A stretch of 63,846 nt of DNA from Paraspadella gotoi (taxonomy: Eukaryota > Animalia > Chaetognatha), in the NCBI GenBank assembly GCA_051294375.1, contig CM119268.1:16107682-16171527 (forward strand). Reading direction: 5' to 3'. The notes beneath the pieces are model-generated. The model was not told where the DNA came from. It saw only the letters and a program-made list of their open reading frames with translations, and made no database searches. This document shows, one piece after another, positions 18,752 through 31,897 of this stretch. The translations under genes and the position numbers were made by a program. Position 1 is the stretch's first letter; each line of letters starts with the position of its first letter.

Positions 18752-20435
18752 AGCATCGGGCCGATTCATCTTCCCTTGTCATTCGTTGAGGTCGTCGTCT
18801 CCCATTTGCGAATTTTCTTTTCTCTTCTTTTTTTACTTCTCTTTTTTTCTTTATCCTCTATTTGTTTTCATCCTCTTGCTTCACAATCAAATGTTTTTCT
18901 TTATCATTCTTTTTTTTTTTGATTTTTTAAGTAAATATATTTTTTTAGTGTTATTGTTCTTTGTCATTGTTTACAATTTTTCTTCCTTTTCTATTTCTTC
19001 CTTTATTTTTCATTCCGTCCTCTCACAGTTTAGTTCATCGTCATCTCATCCTCTTCATCTTTTTTTTTTCCTCTACTATCTGTTTCTTCTTCCTCATCTT
19101 TCTCCTTCCTTTCCTCCCTATTTTCTTCTTTCTTTCCTCTCGCCTCGAAAATCTCACTCTTTCACGCTGGCGTCACATTGTGTCACAACATCGTCGACGA
19201 GTGGAGGAGATATATTCGAGACCCGCGGAATAATATTTGTTTCGACGCGGGGTTGGGTGAGGTTTGGGTGAGGTGGAAGCTGAGGCGGATTGGTCTGACT
19301 AAGAGTGAGAAAAGTCTGAGGAGTGACGCAAAGGGCGTCGAAGAATAAAAAACTAAGGACTCCGGGTCTTTTTTTTTTTTAGTCATTTTCTTTATTCGTT
19401 CTCACTTTTTTCTTAGTAGTTTCTTTCCTGCCTTTGTTCGTTTTTTGGCTGGTGAGTTTGGTTGGCCAGGTAAGAATCTTTTCAAAAGTTTGTGAAGGTT
19501 AACTACGAGCGATGACTCGCTCAGTATTTCATGCGCGAAACAGATTTCTAGTTGGCGGACTTTGATCGGCAGACTTCGCTCTATTAGGTAATGAGATTGA
19601 CAATTATAAAGTAAGGCCCCGGTCTGCGTGTCGAGTTCAAACTTCTTATCATTAACCTATGATCCCGAAAATTTTGGTTTTAATGTAGGTTTTAAGGTCT
19701 CGTTATCTTAATTTGAAAAAAAAAATAAAAATAAAATTAATATTTTGAAAAGCGTTCAAAATATATGGGTGAAGAAAATTTGCATCGCACATTTCTTTTC
19801 GCTTCCCGCCCCTCCGCCAAGAAATCGATAACTATTCTTTTTCTCGAGATTGACGTTTTGTCCTCTGCTGACTTCACACTTCTTCACTGAAACCAGAAAG
19901 CCATTTGCAATAATCGTACATTCATTCCTTGTTCATTAGACTAAAAAAGAAAAACGTTGATAGGAAAAGAAATGATGGCTAAGGGAAGCGGTAATTGATG
20001 GGAAAAAAATAGATGCTGTTTTTTTTTTNNNNNNNNNNNNNNNNNNNNNNNNNNNNNNNNNNNNNNNNNNNNNNNNNNNNNNNNNNNNNNNNNNNNNNNN
20101 NNNNNNNNNNNNNNNNNNNNNNNNNNNNNNNNNNNNNNNNNNNNNNNNNNNNNNNNNNNNNNNNNNNNNNNNNNNNNNNNNNNNNNNNNNNNNNNNNNNN
20201 NNNNNNNNNNNNNNNNNNNNNNNNNNNNNNNNNNNNNNNNNNNNNNNNNNNNNNNAAAAAAAAAAGAAAATAAAAAGAATACGAAAGATATTGAAAGAAA
20301 ATGAAAATCGCTCGAGCCAGAAATTAATTTCAAAACGCAAAAAAGGAAAATACCGCGGTTTTTTTAATCTTTTCTTTTTTCCCTCCCCTATCTCTTTCAA
20401 TTTATTTCTTTTCCTCGCTCTCATCCCCGCCAATG

Positions 20436-20521
<86 letters not shown>

Positions 20522-20735
20522 ACTGAGATATTTCTTTCTTCCTTCACGCTTCCATCCATTTTCGTATTTTGTTCTTTAAAATCCTTTTTTCCTTTTTTGT
20601 TTGTTTTTTTTTAAATTTATTTTTCTTTAGCTACATTGGCAGTCAGGAACTGGGAAAACTATAACAACGCATTAGTCTTTAGTAATAAACTATGTGAATT
20701 CTTTCTCCCTCTCTCCTCACCTCCTTCACAACCAG

Positions 20736-20959
20736 CTCCATCAACGCGTCCGCCGACTCGCCCCTCAACGCTTCTTCCTCCAGCTCCTCATTCTCCCTTC
20801 TCGACTCCTCTTCCTCCATCTGCTCCTGGAGTCCCTTCGACGGGGACGACTTCCAGCTGCTCCTCGGATCCCTCGACTACGCCTTCCTCTTCTCCTACTC
20901 GATCGGACTCTTCTTTTCTGGTCACATCGGCGAGAGGCTCAACATTAAATACTTTTTGG
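20736..20959 (+). CDS. SLC37A2: SLC37A1/A2-like, coding exon 2
   Basis: accag| acceptor, phase matches exon 1. Translates ...CSWSPFDGDDFQLLLGSLDYAFLFSYSIGLFFSGHIGERLNIKYFL; donor gtgagt. Confidence 0.92.
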
Positions 20960-23420
20960 GTGAGTGAGGGCGAAGGGGTTTTAGGGTCGATTGTGGCGAC
21001 GACAACAATGACGACAATATCGTTGAAAAGTTTCGGAACAATTGAACAGATTCGGTGTCTTTTGGAGAAAACAGGGTAATGATTGTGTGCTTGAAACGTG
21101 TAATTAGTTGCAGAATTAAGAAAAAGCGAGCGCGTAAAAGTTTGCTAAGGAAGTCAATCGGTTAAAATTCGAAAGATGATTATGGAAGAACAAAAATTGG
21201 CCGATTTTATGTCATTCATTTTAGATTTTTTTTTAAACGAAAATTCGATCCAACAATCCGAATCGGTGATGTATAATTGTATATGNNNNNNNNNNATTTT
21301 AGATTTTTTTTAAACGAAAATTCGATCCAACAATCCAAATCGGTGATGTATAGTTGTATATGTCTTCGAAATTTCCGAATCTTGTTTAGCTTTTATTTAG
21401 TTTTCATCTTTTCTATACATATATAACGGCTTACTATTTCTCTCTTTCTTTTTGAAGCTTCTTCCAATTTCGACTTTTTGCTTTCTCGTTTCATCAAAAT
21501 CTCGTATTGACAGTTATTTGGCTTGTTCTGTTTTATTCTATTCTTAGCGCTCAATCTTTTTTATCCTATTTTTTAATAAATATTCATATTCTAGATATTC
21601 TAGCTCTTCGATTAACGCGGCTTTTTCCCCCCGATTACGGGGAAGAAGGTAGAGGAAGGTGAAGTCCCTTTTGTTTTGTTTTGTTCCGATTGAACGAAAA
21701 AGCCAGGTCGCTCCACCTTTAATCAGGTAAAGAGCAATCGAATGTGACAAAAGTCAAACCGTGGAAAGGCGAGGGAGGGAAAAAAGAAAGAGGAAAAAGG
21801 AGAGAGAAAAGAAAAAAGAGCATCGATCACTGTTGTTCTCGCTTTCGAGTTGGATTTTCTTTCCTTTAAAGTTTCCTCTCCAAAAAGGAGAGCAAAGTTT
21901 GTTTACTTGAAAAGTCAATGGGAGAGAAAATCTGAAGAAGTGGTCGCTTTTTACTTGTATTCCCTTCAGGGAACATATTTTAAACATTTTGACTCCATTT
22001 TCTTTCCAGTAAAAATTAATATTTCTTCAAAGGCATAAATAAAATATAATATATATATTATGAACTAAAACATTTCAACGTGATACAGTACTTTAAACCC
22101 TATATATTATTTTTCTTCCTTTATTCGTTATATACAATTTCTTATTAGAATAATAAAATCAGATGATTAGACTTAAAACCGTTCACAACGCAATTTTGTA
22201 TNNNNNNNNNNNNNNNNNNNNNNNNNNNNNNNNNNNNNNNNNNNNNNNNNNNNNNNNNNNNNNNNNNNNNNNNNNNNNNNNNNNNNNNNNNNNNNNNNNN
22301 NNNNNNNNNNNNNNNNNNNNNNNNNNNNNNNNNNNNNNNNNNNNNNNNNNNNNNNNNNNNNNNNNNNNNNNNNNNNNNNNNNNNNNNNNNNNNNNNNNNN
22401 NNNNNNNNNNNNNNNNNNNNNNNNNNNNNNNNNNNNNNNNNNNNNNNNNNNNNNNNNNNNNNNNNNNNNNNNNNNNNNNNNNNNNNNNNNNNNNNNNNNN
22501 NNNNNNNNNNNNNNNNNNNNNNNNNNNNNNNNNNNNNNNNNNNNNNNNNNNNNNNNNNNNNNNNNNNNNNNNNNNNNNNNNNNNNNNNNNNNNNNNNNNN
22601 NNNNNNNNNNNNNNNNNNNNNNNNNNNNNNNNNNNNNNNNNNNNNNNNNNNNNNNNNNNNNNNNNNNNNNNNNNNNNNNNNNNNNNNNNNNNNNNNNNNN
22701 NNNNNNNNNNNNNNNNNNNNNNNNNNNNNNNNNNNNNNNNNNNNNNNNNNNNNNNNNNNNNNNNNNNNNNNNNNNNNNNNNNNNNNNNNNNNNNNNNNNN
22801 NNNNNNNNNNNNNNNNNNNNNNNNNNNNNNNNNNNNNNNNNNNNNNTTTTTTTCCTTTTTGTTTTCCTTGTTTTTTTCACGGAACAAAGTTTTTTTGTCG
22901 CGCATTTGTTTTTTGTACTGATTTTTTTTTTCTTTGATCCTTTTTTTTTCTGGTGAATTTGATTTTCCCAAGTAAAGGCATCCATTTTCCTGTTTTCCTT
23001 TGCACACATCTTTTTCCCTTTTTTTGAGAATCGAACTTATGAAAATCGCTGTTGAGCCAAAACCTAAAAGTAAATGGAAAAAGAAATTTAAAATCCATTT
23101 GCCGAATTTAAAGAATTTGGAAGGAAGACTTTTAAAAAAAAATGATGTACATTTAACAATGCGACCTTTTTTTAATTTGCTATTTAAAAAAAAATAAAAA
23201 AAAGAAACAATAATAATATATCAGTATTGAATTTCCAAGTTCAACTACTTTTTTTTTATTTAAAAAAAAAATTTTCAATTAATTTTAAAATCAATTTTAA
23301 TCTCATACTATGGATAAGTGAAAAATCAGGGTCCAGCGTTTCTCATATAAAGTTGTCATATTAAACAATAAACATGAATCCCCTCACACCTTCCCCCCCC
23401 CAAATATTTTCTCCAATCAG

Positions 23421-23636
23421 GCGTTGGCATGCTCCTTTGTTCCGCGACCACCTGCGGCTTCGGTCTCGCCTACTTCCTCCAAATTCACTCTCTCCCCTTC
23501 CTCCTCCTCATCCAAATCGTGGGCGGCCTCTTCCAGTCCACGGGGTGGCCCAGCATCATCGCCATCATGGGCAACTGGTTCGGAAAGAGGAGACGGGGCT
23601 TCATTATGGGAGTGTGGAACGCGCACACTTCGATCG
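23421..23636 (+). CDS. SLC37A2: SLC37A1/A2-like, coding exon 3
   Basis: tcag| acceptor; GVGMLL...GLFQSTGWPSIIAIMGNWFGKRRRGFIMGVWNAHTSIG, the GlpT/SLC37 signature region; donor gtgaga. Confidence 0.95.
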
Positions 23637-23638
23637 GT

Positions 23639-23673
<35 letters not shown>

Positions 23674-25265
23674 AGATAGATAATGAGCGATAGCGGTGAG
23701 TACGCGAGAGTCTGTGGGGGGGGGGGATCCTAGTCGGCATTCGGTATTCGACTCTCCTTTTTCACTCTCCATCTCTCAATCTTTCACCATAATAAAATCT
23801 CTTTTCACTATCACTTGTTTCTCTGTGAAAAACGGCGGACGTAAACTCGCATCAATATGCAAATTGATTTTATTGAGACGGATCGCCCGAATCATGAGAA
23901 AATCACGAGAGCGAGATGGAGAAAGATGGAGAGCGTTACATGGGGGGAGAGAGAGAAAGAGAGAGAGAAAGAGAGAAAGAAAGAGAGAGAGAGACTCGGG
24001 GATAGCTTTTCATCGAAGAAACGAAATTTCGGTGACGTTTACAGCGAGCGGAGCGACAGTAAATCCCGTTTTAAGCTGTGAAAGAGAAGATAACGAAGTA
24101 AAGAGCGCTTATTGTAGCAAGAGCCACCCGCATTACATTATCTAACGAAGCTAAGGAAGTAATTCGGCAATTGTATAATAAAGCCAGTAAGGCAGTAACT
24201 AAAAGTTGAAGGAAACAAATAAACACTGCAATTCACTAGGTCGGAAACTTTGGTTTAAGATTTAAGAATGTAAGTATTCGTATGTACCTCAATGCAGATA
24301 TTAAACAAGAAAACTCATCCGAATATTAAAATTATTAACAAAAGAGGAAAGAGGATGAATATCACGTCGAAGTGAAGGAGTCGATTTTTTTTTCAAAAGT
24401 TCGAAACGCAACATCGGAATTCTTCACCGAAAGGCGAATCACAGCTGCTCCTTGTTAAAACCCCAATTTTCTTTTATCCTCGCTCGTTATTTTTTCGAGT
24501 GCGCACCGCGCACTGAGAGCTACATCCTGCACACTCTCCAGTCTCCACGCCTCCCCTAATCTTATTGACGAAAGCTTCGGAATCGAACCAATCAGCAATG
24601 AGACAAGCTACGCAAGCTATGCAAGCTTTGGCTGTGAGGGGATTGGCTTAGATGCCGACCGGTCGCCAACGGCGAGTCAATTCTGCTTTAATAGGAAAAT
24701 CACGGGTGTTATACCGTAATCAGAGTAAAGGCCAAGGTGCAATACAGATCCTAGTTATAAGAACGACTAAAAAATTTTTTTATCGACCTTTTAAACTCGT
24801 ATCCCCGCCTTCTTTGCCTTGTCTCGTTTCTTTTTTCTTCTTTCCTCTTTCGTCTCACCTCAACCTTCATTAATCATCGTCGCTGACGAGTTGTAAACTT
24901 TGGAAATAAACAACAAATGTCGCAAGGGGCGTGGGCCACTGGGTCGTGGGGGAAGCATGAAAGAGTGGGATGAAGGTGGAATGGGGTGAGAAATTGAAAC
25001 TAAAAATATAAAGAGAATACAAAAGATATCTAATGAAAACTAAATAGCACAGGAGTGAAGAAAGGAAAGTTGTGACGATAAACCGCGAGAAAAAAACATG
25101 CAAAAAACTCACCTAAAGTCGAAGAAATAATTTTTAAAAAATTAGAAAAACGTTCAATCAACGATAATCGATAGAGTGAAGTCTGAAGAGAAAATATTTT
25201 CTTTTCTCAGTTATTAAACGAGTCTATCAACGCCTCTTCATGCCGCTTGAGAGAGAGAGAGAGAC

Positions 25266-25326
<61 letters not shown>

Positions 25327-25382
25327 GAGAGAGAGAGATTGAGAGATTCTCCTTACTAATCACCCTTTCCCATCGTCACAAG

Positions 25383-25916
25383 GCAATATCCTCGGTTCCC
25401 TTCTCGCCGCCATCTTTGTCAGCGACGCCTGGACAGTGGCCTCCCCCTCTTTGCCAGAATGGGCCTGGGTGCCGGCCTGGGGCTGGTCCTTTGCCGCCCC
25501 GGGTCTTTTCATCGGCGCCGTGGGTCTGCTGGTGCTGGGCACGCTTGTGGTCCGTCCGGCCGACGTCGGTCTCCCGCCGCCCGTGCACCACGTGGGGCGC
25601 CGCGGTTCCTGCAGCGGCGATGAGAGCGGCGCGGCGGCGGCGGCGGCGGAGGCGGACGACCGCTCCACCGACGAGTCCGTCGACAGCGGTAGGAGCAGCG
25701 GCAGCAGCAGCAGCAGGAGCAGCGTGGACGGGGAAGATGAAGAGGAAGCGGTGAAGGCGAGTTTCTTCGTCGGAGGCGACGAGGAAAAGATGGAGTTGGA
25801 GGGAGAGTTGATGGAGATGGAGGTGGCGACGACTACAGCAGCGACGATGACGGGAGAGACGGAAAGAAAGGAAACTGAGGTTCCCATCGGATTCTGCAAA
25901 GCGCTCATGATACCGG
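25383..25916 (+). CDS. SLC37A2: SLC37A1/A2-like, coding exon 4 (TM5-6 and long acidic/Ser-rich central loop)
   Basis: GNILGSLLAAIFV...WGWSFAAPGLFIGAVG...IGFCKALMIPG continues the SLC37 pattern (GNILGSL; ALxIPG); branch-point-like tactaat upstream; phases consistent. Confidence 0.9.
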
Positions 25917-26389
25917 GTGATTATGATATATTTTTGTAATTTAATATTTTTTAACATTTTTTTTTCAGTCTTTGAACATCGTACTGTCGTTTCTTTCGTC
26001 TTTTATCCGTATTTTTCTTTCTTATCGTTATTTCCCTTTTTTCTTTCTTTGTTTCTTTCTTTTTTTCTTTTTTTCAACCTTTTTTTCCCTTTCAATTGCT
26101 TCTCCTTATTTCTCCATCGTTCATTACAAATTCCGATCATAACGAAATCTCGTTATATTTTCTACGAAATTCCGAATGAGTTTCTGTCGAGTGTTCTTTT
26201 TTTTTCTTCAATCCAACGTTATCAGTCTCGCCATCTCGGCCTCAGTCTATGTTTACTTTTTTTGATACAACCGAATCATTCGGTCTTCGCTTGTCGTTTT
26301 GTTAATTATTTCTTTGATTATATTTCTTTCGTTTTTAGGTTTTTTTTTTCTCGTCACTCGTAAGCATGTTTTTTTCTTAGTTAACTATT

Positions 26390-26421
<32 letters not shown>

Positions 26422-26774
26422 TTTTTTCTTTCCTAATGTTCAATACTTAGATCGTTAGTTCGTTTGATGTTGGTTTTTTATCTCGTTTTTTTTTTCTTTT
26501 TAAAATTGTTCTTCTTTATTCCTTTAAGATTTTAAATATAAGGCGATTGGCCCAACTACTAATTAGTTTGAAGAGAGAGAACATCTTTAACGATCTCTTG
26601 CCATTTCACCAACATTTTATATAAATATTTTTCATCCAAATAATTTTTTTGTTCGAAATAAATGGTCCATATTTATTTGCGTCACGTTCCATAAAAAGGA
26701 AAAAAAAAAAGAGATCAATTTCTCAGTCGACGAAATGAGAAAGGATGGGGCGACATAATTCATAATTTTCAACA

Positions 26775-26807
<33 letters not shown>

Positions 26808-26981
26808 NNNNNNNNNNNNNNNNNNNNNNNNNNNNNNNNNNNNNNNNNNNNNNNNNNNNNNNNNNNNNNNNNNNNNNNNNNNNNNNNNNNNNNNNNNNNN
26901 NNNNNNNNNNNNNNNNNNNNNNNNNNNNNNNNNNNNNNNNNNNNNNNNNNNNNNNNNNNNNNNNNNNNNNNNNNNNNNNNN

Positions 26982-27230
26982 CTCCCCTTCTCTACATGCC
27001 TCTTCTTCGCCAAGCTCGTCTCCTACACATTCCTCTTCTGGTTGCCCAACTACATCAAATACTCGACGTCGCTGGACTCGAGCGAATCCGCGCTCCTCTC
27101 GACCGTCTTCGATTTGGGCGGAATCGCGGGAGGCGTGGTAGCCGGGCTGGCGGCCGACTTGAGCGGACGCAACGAGGTCACCTGCGTGGCGATGCTTTTC
27201 GCGGCAACGCCCACTCTTGTGATGTACCAG
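26982..27230 (+). CDS. SLC37A2: SLC37A1/A2-like, coding exon 5 (5' end lost in N-gap)
   Basis: LPFSTCLFFAKLVSYTFLFWLPNYI...STVFDLGGIAGGVVAGLAAD...LVMYQ; donor cag|gtgggc. Confidence 0.93.
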
Positions 27231-27574
27231 GTGGGCCTCCGCCTGATGTTGATTTCTTCTTCGAAACGGTCGTGGGGTGGAAGGGAGGATGGCAGAGGAT
27301 GGCGGTCGATTTTTAAATAGTACATATAAAATATTTGAAAAATGAAGTTTGTAGTATTTTGATGTTTTTTTTACTTTCTGCTTTATTATTGATTATCAAC
27401 GCTTAAAACTTTACACACTACTCCAAGAAAAATTATAATACGGTAATTAAAAACTAATTAAAATATGTTTAAATAAAACGTTGATTTATAAACTTATTTT
27501 TTTTCCTAACCGTCATCATCTGCCTTTCGTCGCAATAACCATTTTTATTCATTTTCGCTTCGGTCGTCGCGATT

Positions 27575-27970
27575 GGCGGAAAGGGCGGGGACGAGAGGAA
27601 AGGGGGCGAAGAAAGGTTGGGGCGAAGGAAAGGGGCGGGAGGAAAAGGGGGGCGAGGAAGGGGGCAAAGGAAAGGGGCGAGAAAGGGGCGAAGAAAAGGG
27701 GCGAAGAAAGGGGGGCGAAGGAAAGGGGGGCGAGGGAAGGGGGCAAGAAAGGGGGCGAAGGAATGGGGAGAAGGAAAGGGGGGGCGAAGGAAAGGGGGCG
27801 AAGGAAAGGGGGGTGAGGGAAGGGGGGCGAAGGAAACGGGGGCGGGGAAGGGGGCAATGTAAAGGGGGCGAAGGAAAGGGGGCGACGGAAGGGGGCGAGG
27901 GAGAAGGGGGGCGAAGGAAAGGGGGGCAAAGTAAAGGGGGCAAAGTAAAGGGAAGCGAAGGAAAGGGGAA
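27575..27970. repeat. G-rich minisatellite (about 15-bp unit gaaggaaaggggggc) in an SLC37 intron
   Basis: Directly visible degenerate tandem repeat with many G-runs. Confidence 0.9.
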
Positions 27971-28333
27971 CGGACGTGCGTGGAAGGGGTGGACTGTGGA
28001 GTGAAGGACATGGAGGGGTGGCGCGGAAACGAAGACGACGGCCGAGCGATGGAAATTAATCGATATTTTATGCTCGAGATTTTTTTTTTTTGAAACGAAA
28101 AGGAAAGAAAGAGACGCCGTCAATCCATCGCGGTTGAGGACGTTAATTGAAGACGCCGCCCCGATTTCCTTACCCGCGCTTTACCTTTCCTTACCCTTTT
28201 ACCCCCCCCCCCAACGGGCGATTTAAAAGTCATTTTCCCCTTTTTTTCGATTGAAGTTTTTTTGGATTTTATTCGAAATTATTTAAAAGTATGGAATGCC
28301 GTAATAATGCTCAACCTGCTACCCTTCTTTCAG

Positions 28334-28465
28334 TATCTCGGCTGCGGCATCGGTTTGTCAGAGAACATCGTCATCCTCATAATTTGCGGTCTTTTCATCA
28401 ACGGGCCCTACGCGCTCATCACCACGGCCGTCTCGGCCGACTTGGGGACGCACAAGTCTTTGTCG
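28334..28465 (+). CDS. SLC37A2: SLC37A1/A2-like, coding exon 6
   Basis: ttcag| YLGCG...GLFINGPYALITTAVSADLGTHKSLS |gtaatc; highly conserved SLC37A1/2 motif. Confidence 0.95.
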
Positions 28466-28624
28466 GTAATCAACGTTGTATTTTCCTGAAGTCATCCTAA
28501 TTATGTTCATTGTAAAGATTTATTTTTACGACAATATTTCAAGTATGAATACTCTGAAACTCTAAACTCCACTTAATTACATTACATTACATAATATATA
28601 CTTAGATACATTACAATTGATCAG

Positions 28625-28694
28625 GGTAACACGAAGGCGTTGGCGACAGTCTCGGCAATTATCGACGGCGCCGGTTCCATGGGCGCCGCAGTCG
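28625..28694 (+). CDS. SLC37A2: SLC37A1/A2-like, coding exon 7
   Basis: tcag| GNTKALATVSAIIDGAGSMGAAVG |gtaagt. Confidence 0.95.
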
Positions 28695-28837
28695 GTAAGT
28701 TGGTCGCAATGGGTTGGCTGACGAAAAGACGAAAAGAAAAACAAAACAACAAATACAAACCAGTAAACGAGCAAATGATAACATCTGTTGCGGCAGCCGC
28801 CCTTATTATCCCGATTTGCCCTTCGTAAATCCTTCAG

Positions 28838-28971
28838 GCCCGCTCTTAACCGGAGTGTTGACCTCGGCCTTCTCTTGGCACGCCGTCTTCTACATGCTCA
28901 TCGCGGCCAACGTCTTCGCCGTCGCTCCCCTCGTCGTCGTCTTCGTCCGAAGATGTTCTTCATCGTCGTGA
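28838..28971 (+). CDS. SLC37A2: SLC37A1/A2-like, terminal coding exon
   Basis: ttcag| GPLLTGVLTSAFSWHAVFYMLIAANVFAVAPLVVVFVRRCSSSS*; AATAAA at 29219-29224. Confidence 0.92.
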
Positions 28972-30644
28972 TGATCCCGATCTTTGTTCTAAAATTCCCC
29001 ACCTCTTTCGCGGTTATTTGTGGTCTTGGACACAGAAAAGTGTAATCTACTCATCAATATAACGCCTTACAAATATCATTTTTGTTTGTAAATGTCCAAG
29101 TACTTATTGCCAGTTATTGCTTTCCGTGTTTTAGTTTTTTGTTTTGGTTTTTTTTCTTAATGTTAAAACCATGGTCTCTGACAATGGTTAAATTGTTATC
29201 GTTTAAAGCGAAAGCTACAATAAAATTGTATTTAAAAAAAGTTTTATAAATTTTGACACCCGAATGTCAACGCGATTCGGCCGAAATTTCGGCCTCATTT
29301 TAAAATACGTTATCCCGAGCCGATTAGTATACGCATTTCTTTTTTTTTTAAATTTAGTTCTAAATACTAGTTTACCCTCTTTTTCTGTCGAAAAGGAAGG
29401 GAAGCTTGTAAAAAATATTATAAATTTTGTGATATAGTTATATCTTTATATAGTCCGTTATAAGTTGAAAATTTCTTTTGCGGAGTTGATTTATATTTTT
29501 TGTGAAATACAATCCAATCAAAATTATAGAGTTATCAATGAAGTTAATTATAAATCACAGAGCTAGCATTATTTTAACCAACCGCCATACTTGCATCTTT
29601 GATTTGCCATAGTTACGGGGATCAGGGATCGAACCAGAGAATAACTATTAAGATTGTCTTAATTGATTGACATTTAAAAAGTACATTTTAAAATTAATTT
29701 AACAAGTTTAATCAACATTGGACGTTTTGCTAGCCCAACGAATGACGCTAATGTTTCTGAATGGTCGGTGCGACAATTAAAGGCAAAAATGGAAGAAAAG
29801 CCGTGGGAAGCGATCAAACGTATGAAAGTCTAAATCAAAGTATTGCTTGACGCTTATTTAATACTAAATCACAATGATAAAACCTCCATTTTTTTTTTAA
29901 AAAAGGAAAAGATTTATTGGACGAGTGGGTAATTAGGCGGTTCATTATTGAAGCGAAGTCGAAGTCAGATCTCTGATGACGTTCTTATCGAGAAGGAGCA
30001 TTTTTGGTTGAGACGAGGCGGAACCAAAGAGGAATAAAGGTTAGCATCCGAAAGGCTTTTAAGTCGCGGCCGCTGACAACCAGCCACTTTTTTTTTTTAT
30101 ATATTCCATTTAGTCCGTCCTATTTTTTGGTAACGGTAAAAAATTTAAAAAATAACAATAACGCCAAAAAAAGGCAATTTTTGACTATTTATATTACTCA
30201 AAAACGCTTAACTATTTAGTTTGTCCTTTTTTTCCTTTTATTTGAAATTTAGATATAATGTTGCAACAACAACTACTACAATTATAAAAAAAAACACTAA
30301 AATCAAAACTACCACCACAACAACCACTACTACCAGTCTACCATAAACCACCATAAAAACGAAAAAGGACCATTACCTGCATTATCACCAGAATTAAAAC
30401 AACTACCAAATAAAAAAAATATAGATTTTAAAAATTGTTCTTAAATAAAACAAATTCTTAGATTAATCATAACTTATCATTTGATTCGCTAATTCCCCGC
30501 GTTCAGATCCGGCGTTGTTTGCTCAAACTTGTTTAATACACATTTAATCATTAGAATATTTTAAATTCTTTTGCCATTCTAATAGCTTTCATTACTTTCT
30601 TCCAATCGAACTTAAAACAAATTTTGGTTCCCAAATTAGAAGAA

Positions 30645-30698
30645 ATGGATGTCGTTACTATTAACAACGTCAGCGAAATGACGCAGTTCGTGAACGGG
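30645..30698 (+). CDS. SLC39A12: ZIP12/ZIP4-like zinc transporter, first coding exon (from first ATG; may extend to 30558)
   Basis: MDVVTINNVSEMTQFVNG|gtaagt, phase 0 matches the next exon; frame is open upstream to a TAG at 30552. Confidence 0.6.
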
Positions 30699-30769
30699 GT
30701 AAGTTACCGCAGAAACCTTCATGGAGGTGTTTAAGGCTGCTACAATAATTTCAATTTCTTTTCCTCCAG

Positions 30770-31373
30770 GTTTTGCTACCGTTCAGTGTTCTTCCGTACC
30801 CCTGGATGCAGCACGATGCAGGTCAGGCATGTGACTGTCTGAGCTCGTCCGATGTTTTGGCCAAAATCGGAACGAATTCCTTCCCTTTGGGGGAAACACA
30901 ACTCGCCCAAGCCACTTTTGTGCTGCTCCATTTCCTGATTCACTTACCTTGGTCCTGTCTTACTTCGAAGTCCAACGTTACTTACCTTGACGAATTGCAG
31001 AATTTGCGCTCGCGACACGAAAACCGCGACTTCGAACGAAGTCAGTTCGAAGCGATGTTGATAAAATTAAAATCTCACCGCAAACCGAAGGAAGATCATC
31101 GATCGACAAAAGAACAAGGCGACGATCAAGGAATTTGCATCGATGACCTCTGGCCTCACGGAAGAGAAACTATTTCTCTCGAAGAATCGGAAAATCTGTT
31201 TTTCAACATGATTGACGGTCTCAGTTTCGGCGGGTCATTCGATTGCGGAGAACATGGACCAACTGTCAAACCAAATTTCTTCTGGGAGAAAATTTTAAAA
31301 TCTTTGTCAAAATCCGAAAACCTGGACGAATCGTCCGTGGCGACCTTGTTAAAAAAGCTGAAAGGAAAGGAAG
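30770..31373 (+). CDS. SLC39A12: ZIP12/ZIP4-like extracellular domain exon
   Basis: ctccag| acceptor; CDCLSSSDVL...ATFVLLHFLIHLPWSC...YLDELQNLR...PNFFWEKILKSL resembles the long ZIP12/ZIP4 ectodomain (by recall); donor gtaaga. Confidence 0.8.
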
Positions 31374-31701
31374 GTAAGAAAAGAAAGTGAATTTTAAGCG
31401 TCAAACGTCCAAGGATTGAAAAGGGATATAACGAGGATTATTTTGGTAATCCATGGTGCCGAATGCGTGGCGCCTTTCATTGGAGGGGAAGTCGGGGGTT
31501 TTCGCGGAGCAGTTGAAGAAAACGAAGAGTTGAATGAAAAGGCGATGACGTTGGGGCGTTCCGGGCGAGGTAGGGAAGATTTTTTGAACCGGAAAAGTTG
31601 TTTGATAAATTTTTATATAAAATTAACAACAAAGTAACATGATATTTTTTTTCCGAAAGTTAAATAAGATTCATATGCTTTCCAAGTTTCCATGCTTTCA
31701 G

Positions 31702-31897
31702 CGGACGAGCATCGCGACGAAGACGATTCTCACGATCACCATCACGATCACGGTCGCTTTCACAATTATGCACTCAATCACAACCACGATCACGACCACG
31801 GCGACGTGGAATCTCACCCCGGATGTTATTCTGCCAATCGTCTCCTCCGTCTTTTCGACATCCCGACTGACAAGATCCTACAGAGTCAATTCTATCG
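31702..31897 (+). CDS. SLC39A12: ZIP12/ZIP4-like, His-rich ectodomain exon
   Basis: ttcag| ADEHRDEDDSHDHHHDH...CYSANRLLRLFDI...QFYR |gtgaat; phases consistent. Confidence 0.88.

Noticed and set aside
25360-25957. Antisense ORFs overlapping SLC37 exon 4 (and similar ones over other exons)
   Set aside because: Shadow frames of GC-rich coding sequence.
31414-31569. Extra ZIP exon (ORF 31416-31637, donor-like gag|gtagg)
   Set aside because: Not needed for phase, acceptors are weak or imply a 40-nt intron, and there is no recognisable motif. It cannot be fully excluded without RNA data.
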